This document shows positions 59,801 through 64,000 of a DNA stretch of 64,000 nucleotides, piece after piece. Below the pieces are notes generated by a model that made no database searches, had not been told where the DNA came from, and saw nothing but the letters and a program-made list of their open reading frames with translations. Every line of letters begins with the position of its first letter. Position 1 is the stretch's first letter. A program made the translations under genes and the position numbers. This DNA is from Alphaproteobacteria bacterium. Lineage in GTDB: Bacteria; Pseudomonadota; Alphaproteobacteria; MPNO01. The stretch is from the NCBI GenBank assembly GCA_965202835.1, contig CBDBCA010000006.1:806035-870034 (forward strand), written 5' to 3'.

Positions 59801-62093
59801 GGGCCACGACCTGCCGGCGGACCTCGCGGCCTTCGCGGCCGAGGTGCGGCGCCGCGACGCGGAGATCGCCGAACGGCGGAGGGCGGAGCTCGCCTTCGTG
59901 CAGCGGGCCGACCGGCACTGCCGGACGCAGCCGCTCCTGCGATGGGCGGCGGCGGAGCGCGGCCGGCCGGTGTCCGAGCTGCCCGAGCACGCGCGATGGC
60001 GCGCCGACGGTGAGGCGCTGGCGGAGACCGGGCGCGCGTTGCGGGACGGGAGGGGCATCGCCGGCCGGGTCGCGGCGGCGCTCGGGCGGATACTGCGCAG
60101 CGTCCGCCTCGACGACGCCATCCGGTTCGGGGAAGACGCGGTCGCCCACGAGACGGTGGCGCGCGCGGCGGGGATCGAGGCCCGCGACATGGCGGGGGCC
60201 GAGACCCTGGCCGAGCGCGCGCGGGCCCTCGGCGGGGACGGTCTGCCGGAAGACCTGCGCCGGACGGTGGCGGCATGGAGCGCCAAGACCCCCGCGCCGG
60301 AGCCCGCGCGCCGGGAGGTCGAACGAGACCCGCGCCACGAGGCGGCGGGGCGCCGGATCGAGGGGTTCCTGCGCGACTGCCGCGACCATGCGGGCCGGGC
60401 GGCCGCGCTCGGCCCCACCGACCGTGGCGCCCGGGAGGACGCGACGCTGGACGGGTGGCTTCAGCGGGCGAACGAGCTCCGCCGCGACGGGCTCCGGATG
60501 CTGGGCGAGGGCGCGGGCGTGAGCCTCGACGATCCGGCCCGCATCCGGCTCGCCGGCGCGGACGACGAGCGCGAACGGGTGCGCGATGCCGTCGACGCGC
60601 TGTCCGGCGAAGCGCTTCGGCTCCGCGCGGAGGCGTTCGTGGGCCTCCACCGTAACGTCGAAAGCGAGGCCCGGGAGGCCGGCTGCGATCCGGCCGACCT
60701 CGCCGGCTGGCAGTCCCTTCGAGACCGGGCGGAGGCGCTGCGGGACGAGCCGGGGCTCGCGCCGGAGGCGAGGGAGGCCGCCCGCGCGGTGCTGGCCCAC
60801 GATGTCCGCGTCGCGGTCGAGACCGCCCCGGTGGCGGAGTTCCTCGAACAGGGCGCCCGGCACCTGGACCGCCGCGCCGAGCTGGAAGGGGAGGCCCATG
60901 AGCCCCGGGTCGGGGCCGTCGCGCTCGATGCGATGTCGGCCTGGCGGGAGGAATCGGCAGCGCTCCGCGAGACCGCCCACTGCCTGCTGGGCGGCGGCGA
61001 CGCGACGGAAACCCGGGCCGCATCGCGGCTGGAAAACATGCCGCGCCTGCAAGGCCGGGTCGGCGAGGTTCTCGACCGGCTGGAAGCGGTGGAGCTACTG
61101 GACGAGAGCGCGGCGTTCCGCGCCGCCGCCGAAACGGTCGAGGCCCGCGCCCGGCAGGCCGATACCCTGCCCCTTCATGCCGGGGGCTACGACCGTGCGA
61201 CAGAGATGGCGAGGGAGATCGCCGGGCGGGCAGAGCAGGCGGCATCGGTGCGCCGGGAAGCGGGCGCGTGGCTGGAGCGCGACCGCGGCTGGAGGGAAGA
61301 GCTCGCCTCGGTGCCGGCGCTCACCGGGGCGGAGGGGCGGCATGCCGATCCGGCCGAACGGCGCGCGGCCGCCCATCTGCCCGCCGTGGCCGGGGCGGTG
61401 CGCCGCGAGACCGACCGGCTCGCCGGGCTGCCGCCGCTGACGGAGGGCATTGCCTGGACCGGGGACGCGCCGCTGATCGCGGGCGACCGGATCGCCTTCC
61501 GGGCCGAGGGCCGGACCTGGCAGGCGGCGGTGGTCTCCCCGGGCGAATCGGGCGGCGTGCGCGGCGGCGACACGCTCCGGCTCAGGATTGCGGACCCCGC
61601 GAAGGAGGCCACGCCCGCCGGGGGCCGGCTCGTCGAGATCGGCGCGAGCGCCCTCGCGGGGGGCGACTGCGTCCGCGCCCCGTGGTCGGACGAGGGGCTG
61701 CGCGAGCTGGAGCTCGCCCGGCAGCGTTCGGTGCCGAGCGGCGCCTGCCGCCTGCCCTGCCCGGAACCCGTCCCCGGAGACCGCATCGCCTGGACCGAGG
61801 CCGCCGGGCCGGCAGGCGAGGTGCGGACGATCGAGGCCGAAGTCCAGACCCGGACCGACGCGGCCGGCGGTTACGCGCTCGACCTCCGTGTGATCCGCGC
61901 GGCCGGCCCCGGCGCGCCCGAGACCGGGAGCACGATCGCGCGCTCCGCCGAGGCGGTCGCCGCGCGCGGCTGCTACCGCGAGCCGTGGAAGGACGAGGCG
62001 CGGCGCGAGCGCATCCTCGGCCCGCCGCAACAGGAACAGCAGACCCGGCAGCAGAAACAGGATCGTTCCCGGGACCGGGGGTTCAGCCTGTGA
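56892..62093 (+). CDS. MOBF-family conjugative relaxase/helicase (TrwC/TraI-like) with a long low-complexity C-terminal extension
   Basis: 1733 aa with a TTG start. It has the relaxase motifs 'AYFAREGYYAKDD' (Tyr pair) and 'HLTSRDQDPQLHTHCILAN' (3-His), and a RecD-like helicase Walker A 'GAAGTGKTT' ending near 'LYVEASRARERFVLVTD'. The last ~830 aa are rich in Ala, Arg and Glu. Confidence 0.9.
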   Translation: MVASLSEVGSTATTVAYFAREGYYAKDDRRHYLASFWHGGAARALGLPKHVSSRVFEKILTGFVPGTEIRLGRARDGEHQHRPGLDLTLSAPKSVSLEALLHGDRRVVTAHDRAVRATLDWVEAELLQTRGYDPATGRRPRVAADGLVAATFRHLTSRDQDPQLHTHCILANMTRNRAGEWRSMEPTEIRRSVKLIGAYYRQELASRLIGMGFRIEATMIGGVPGFEIAGYPRALLEEFSSRRREILSWLEKHGLPFSSALTQQAALITRERKVERDLDELKAEWTARAGALGVARDRSVARPGRGRRKKASKETARKAGRPYVRTAEQLTPEPPGLSAREIVWRAVEHLAERASVFRESDIRAMALSHAPGRHGLAEIDASIAGLTADSHLVEANLRGGRSFVTGDALRSEREILSRMREGQGQARALAPEARVSERLEETTLTEGQKEAVRTMLLSGDRIVAVQGAAGTGKTTMLREALGLIGDRPAILLAPSAAAARVLATETGARARTLQWFLTRYGDIGSAEKMDAARREHQGSVLVLDESSMVSTAQMELLMRIAERLRIARLVLVGDRGQLRAVTAGEPFRALQDAGIETAEMDEIMRQEDPALKQAVERLQDGRPAEALGGLADVCEVPHEALAATAARLWLELDPEKRAGTAILAPTHFIRAEIHRIVRDGLADEGVLHGREIEIDRFVNRHLTAAQRADVRNHEPGDFVIFHSRVPPLRVQEGDACRIERTEGEFVFLDHPTGRTIRIRPGDSWVRYRFAVHETARIRLRAGDRIRWTANDKRYGLVNGGEAVVEKIGTRRVRFALAEGRTLTLSRDDPRLRHLDHAWSSTVHAAQGMTRDAAIGVLDTGHGRLSGQAALYVEASRARERFVLVTDNRDTLAEALEENDGAGMTAREAVGEGVEPPPASPGHRSGGTVAGMLRELRDDWRALTARAEAENAELNRMEGYARIVTGAAAAEGHDLPADLAAFAAEVRRRDAEIAERRRAELAFVQRADRHCRTQPLLRWAAAERGRPVSELPEHARWRADGEALAETGRALRDGRGIAGRVAAALGRILRSVRLDDAIRFGEDAVAHETVARAAGIEARDMAGAETLAERARALGGDGLPEDLRRTVAAWSAKTPAPEPARREVERDPRHEAAGRRIEGFLRDCRDHAGRAAALGPTDRGAREDATLDGWLQRANELRRDGLRMLGEGAGVSLDDPARIRLAGADDERERVRDAVDALSGEALRLRAEAFVGLHRNVESEAREAGCDPADLAGWQSLRDRAEALRDEPGLAPEAREAARAVLAHDVRVAVETAPVAEFLEQGARHLDRRAELEGEAHEPRVGAVALDAMSAWREESAALRETAHCLLGGGDATETRAASRLENMPRLQGRVGEVLDRLEAVELLDESAAFRAAAETVEARARQADTLPLHAGGYDRATEMAREIAGRAEQAASVRREAGAWLERDRGWREELASVPALTGAEGRHADPAERRAAAHLPAVAGAVRRETDRLAGLPPLTEGIAWTGDAPLIAGDRIAFRAEGRTWQAAVVSPGESGGVRGGDTLRLRIADPAKEATPAGGRLVEIGASALAGGDCVRAPWSDEGLRELELARQRSVPSGACRLPCPEPVPGDRIAWTEAAGPAGEVRTIEAEVQTRTDAAGGYALDLRVIRAAGPGAPETGSTIARSAEAVAARGCYREPWKDEARRERILGPPQQEQQTRQQKQDRSRDRGFSL

Positions 62094-62127
62094 CGGGGGT
62101 CCGGCAACAGCGCCCGGGTGTGCGTCC

Positions 62128-62544
62128 TCAACCGGCCGGCCGGCCGCGCGCCATCCACGTCCGGAACCGCCGTTCGAGCGCGGCGCCGAGCTCCTCGCCG
62201 AAGGTCTCGATCAGCAGCGGCAGGATCGCGGCCTCCCGGCCCTGCCGGACCATGTTGCCGAGCGTCTCGCCGAGCAGCAGCTCGACCGATTGCCGCAGCC
62301 GCGCGATCGCGCCGTGGCGCTCTCCCGCCTCGGCCAGCATGCCGTCGGCCAGCCGCTCCACCGTCTCCAGCAGCCGGCGCTGCTCGGCCTCGGACAGCGC
62401 CAGCGCAGGCGCCGTCGGCGCGGGATCGACGGCGAGCGCCGCCGCGACGAGATATTCGTTGATCGTCATCCCGCGCCGGAGCGCGATCTCGCGGATCCGT
62501 TCCCACTCCGATTCCCGGCACGAGACGGCGAGCCGCGCCGGCAT
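62128..62544 (-). CDS. ribbon-helix-helix (MobC/CopG-like) protein, paralog 3 of 3
   Basis: 138 aa. 'LAVSCRESEWERIREIALRRGMTINEYLVAAAL' follows an RHH pattern. It has an ATGA overlap with the upstream paralog. Confidence 0.6.
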   Translation of the reverse strand: MPARLAVSCRESEWERIREIALRRGMTINEYLVAAALAVDPAPTAPALALSEAEQRRLLETVERLADGMLAEAGERHGAIARLRQSVELLLGETLGNMVRQGREAAILPLLIETFGEELGAALERRFRTWMARGRPAG

Positions 62545-62849
62545 CAGTCTTCCGACCCGGGCGCGGCGAGCGCGCGGTGCATCGCGGCGAGCGCCCCGAA
62601 CAGCGACACCCCGGTTCCCGGAAGCGCCTCGAGCAGCGCCCGGCGCAGCCGGTCGAGCTCGGCCACCCGGTCGTACAGACGCCGCTGCTCCTCCTCCGAA
62701 AGCACGATCCCGGGCTCGCCCCCGGCATCGTCCTTCAGCGCGCAGGCCACCACGAAGCGCGAGACCGGCATGCCCGCCTCCCTGGCCCGCTCGCGGATGC
62801 GCGCCCGCTCGAGCGGGGTGCAGCGCAGCGACCGGCGCAGCACCGCCAT
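62544..62849 (-). CDS. ribbon-helix-helix (MobC/CopG-like) protein, paralog 2 of 3
   Basis: 101 aa from the internal Met (MAVLRRSLRCTPLERARIRERAREAGMPVSRFVVACAL). It has ATGA overlaps on both sides. Confidence 0.6.
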   Translation of the reverse strand: MAVLRRSLRCTPLERARIRERAREAGMPVSRFVVACALKDDAGGEPGIVLSEEEQRRLYDRVAELDRLRRALLEALPGTGVSLFGALAAMHRALAAPGSED

Positions 62850-63232
62850 CAGGGCCGCGGCGCCGGGCCGCCGCCGGGATCGGCGCTCGGCGACGCCGCC
62901 CGCCAGCGCTCCGCCGCGCCCGCGTCGCTCAGCCGGTCGAGCTCCGCCTCCCGGTCGAGCCAGGCATCCACCGCGTCGCCCACCGACGCCCAGCGTTCCT
63001 CCAGCCCCATGTCGGCCATGCGCGCCTCCTCCAGCTTCGACAGCAGCAGCAGCTCGCGCACCGCGCGGCGCAGCACGGTCGCGGGCAGCGGGTCGGGCTG
63101 CGTCGCCCGGTGAACCAGGTAGCGCGAGACCTCCATGCCGGCCGCCTCCGCGAGCTCCCGGATGCGCGCCCACTCGCTGGCGGTGGCCATCACCGCGTGC
63201 TGGCTGCGCCGCCCCTCCGGCGCCCGGCTCAT
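62849..63232 (-). CDS. ribbon-helix-helix (MobC/CopG-like) protein, paralog 1 of 3
   Basis: 127 aa. '...AVMATASEWARIRELAEAAGMEVSRYLVHRA' follows an RHH pattern. It is the first gene of the three-gene minus-strand operon. Confidence 0.6.
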   Translation of the reverse strand: MSRAPEGRRSQHAVMATASEWARIRELAEAAGMEVSRYLVHRATQPDPLPATVLRRAVRELLLLSKLEEARMADMGLEERWASVGDAVDAWLDREAELDRLSDAGAAERWRAASPSADPGGGPAPRP

Positions 63233-63597
63233 CGGGCCGCCCCCGGCGCGGCGCCTCCGGAGGGCGTGAAAAATCTCCCCAATACTCCTGTACTTCTCCT
63301 AATATATGGGTTCCCGAATATGCCAATCGACACACCGAACAGAGTCATGCCCAAAGCCCCTACAAACCTTTTCGACATGACGCATCACTCCTATATAATC
63401 AAGTTCACAGACAGAACGATACATCCCTACTTCCCGAAATTCCACAATCCTCGAATGTCCCCCATTCAGTATGTCCCGCGGAAACACGCACAGACTCCTT
63501 GTCATCCCCTCTAACCCACAGTAATATAACGACTTACTCAGAGAAACAACGACCCCATCCCGAACATGACCCACCGACAGTGCAACCCTAAGACTTC
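63233..63597. other. ~365-bp non-coding, AT-richer, strongly G-depleted (plus strand) region between the RHH operon and attR; candidate attP arm and/or oriT
   Basis: My manual count over 63281-63600 gives about 13% G versus about 30% C. The motif TCCCGAA occurs three times, at 63312, 63432 and 63558. Confidence 0.5.
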
Positions 63598-63608
63598 TAC
63601 ACCATCGT
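63598..63608 (+). repeat. attR core, TACACCATCGT
   Basis: Identical 11-mer to 34976..34986, located exactly where FAH homology resumes. Confidence 0.7.
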
Positions 63609-64000
63609 CAACGACGTCACCGGCAACGACATGCGCGCCGAGGACCGGGTGCACTACTACGCCCTCTACCCGAAACCGGACAATCCGGAAGAGGTGGAGA
63701 AGCGCGAGCAGCATCTTTCCTATACCGCGCGCTACAAGGGCGCGGATTCCTTCGGCCCCGCCGGGCCGTGGCTGGCGACGCGCGACGAGGTTCCCGACCC
63801 GCACGATCTCGACGTCGTCTGTTCGGTCGGCGGGGAGGTCTTCGCGGAAGACAACACCCGTTACTACACCTACCGGGTGGAGGAGGTCATCGCCTATATC
63901 TCGCGCTACATGACGCTGGAACCCGGCGACCTGGTTTCGATGGGAACCGCGTTCCGGGCCGGCGGAAAGGCACGAAAGCCGCTGCACGCCGCCAACTTCG
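63598..64000 (+). pseudogene. 3' half of the FAH-family gene (runs off the window)
   Basis: The frame starting at 63598 reads YTIVNDVTGNDMRAEDRVHYYALYPK...GADSFGPAGPWLATRDEVPDPHDLDVVCSVGGEVF...MTLEPGDLVSMGT. This is the typical FAH C-terminal fold sequence, with no start codon of its own. Confidence 0.8.

Larger units (their letters stand above)
34976..63608. mobile_element. ~28.6-kb integrative mobilizable element / defence island inserted in the FAH-family gene
   Basis: It is flanked by 11-bp direct repeats at both junctions of the split gene. It carries tandem tyrosine integrases at the left and a MOBF relaxase with RHH accessory genes at the right. GC content is mosaic, with several IS fragments inside. 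Confidence 0.8.

Noticed and set aside
63299-63574. A 91-aa minus-strand ORF in the attR-proximal region.
   Set aside because: It shows no codon bias, has an odd Cys/Val/Gly-rich composition produced by the C-rich plus strand, and has no RBS. The region is better explained as non-coding att/oriT DNA.

Overview
This is a GC-rich (about 65% by eye) chromosomal window that looks alphaproteobacterial. Positions 1-34,975 are ordinary core genome: an RNase D-like exonuclease, tRNA-Leu(CAG), an NDUFA9-like SDR, uppP, gltD-gltB (small subunit first), an SDR, an MFS transporter, an alpha/beta hydrolase, a TauE/SafE permease, the conserved thrS-infC-rpmI-rplT-pheS-pheT block, lepA, an amidase plus TRAP (dctPQM) operon, tRNA-Ser(GGA), a two-gene RND efflux pump and pyruvate carboxylase. 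At 34,976 a fumarylacetoacetate-hydrolase (FAH) family gene is interrupted. Its 3' half resumes in frame at 63,598, and the same 11-nt TACACCATCGT sits at both junctions. The ~28.6 kb in between looks like an integrative mobilizable element. It has two tandem tyrosine integrases on the left and a MOBF (TrwC/TraI-type) relaxase with accessory genes on the right, but no T4SS or coupling protein. Its cargo is a mosaic of lower-GC, defence-like modules separated by IS and integrase scars. (i) A tightly packed HTH / 831-aa N6-adenine-MTase-like / PIN-nuclease operon, in which the MTase and PIN ORFs share one reading frame and are split by a single TGA. (ii) A complete Type I R-M system (hsdR-hsdM-hsdS) with a fourth, overlapping, extremely acidic gene. 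(iii) An orphan 388-aa protein with two zinc ribbons and a HEPN-like Rx4H motif. (iv) A 383-aa protein built from six tandem CxxC...CxxC zinc-ribbon repeats. (v) A 792-aa single-gene SIR2 plus P-loop (STAND-like) NTPase. My best candidates for an undescribed system are (i), then (iii), (iv) and the acidic fourth gene in (ii). All functional calls rest on motif recognition by eye; no database search was possible.
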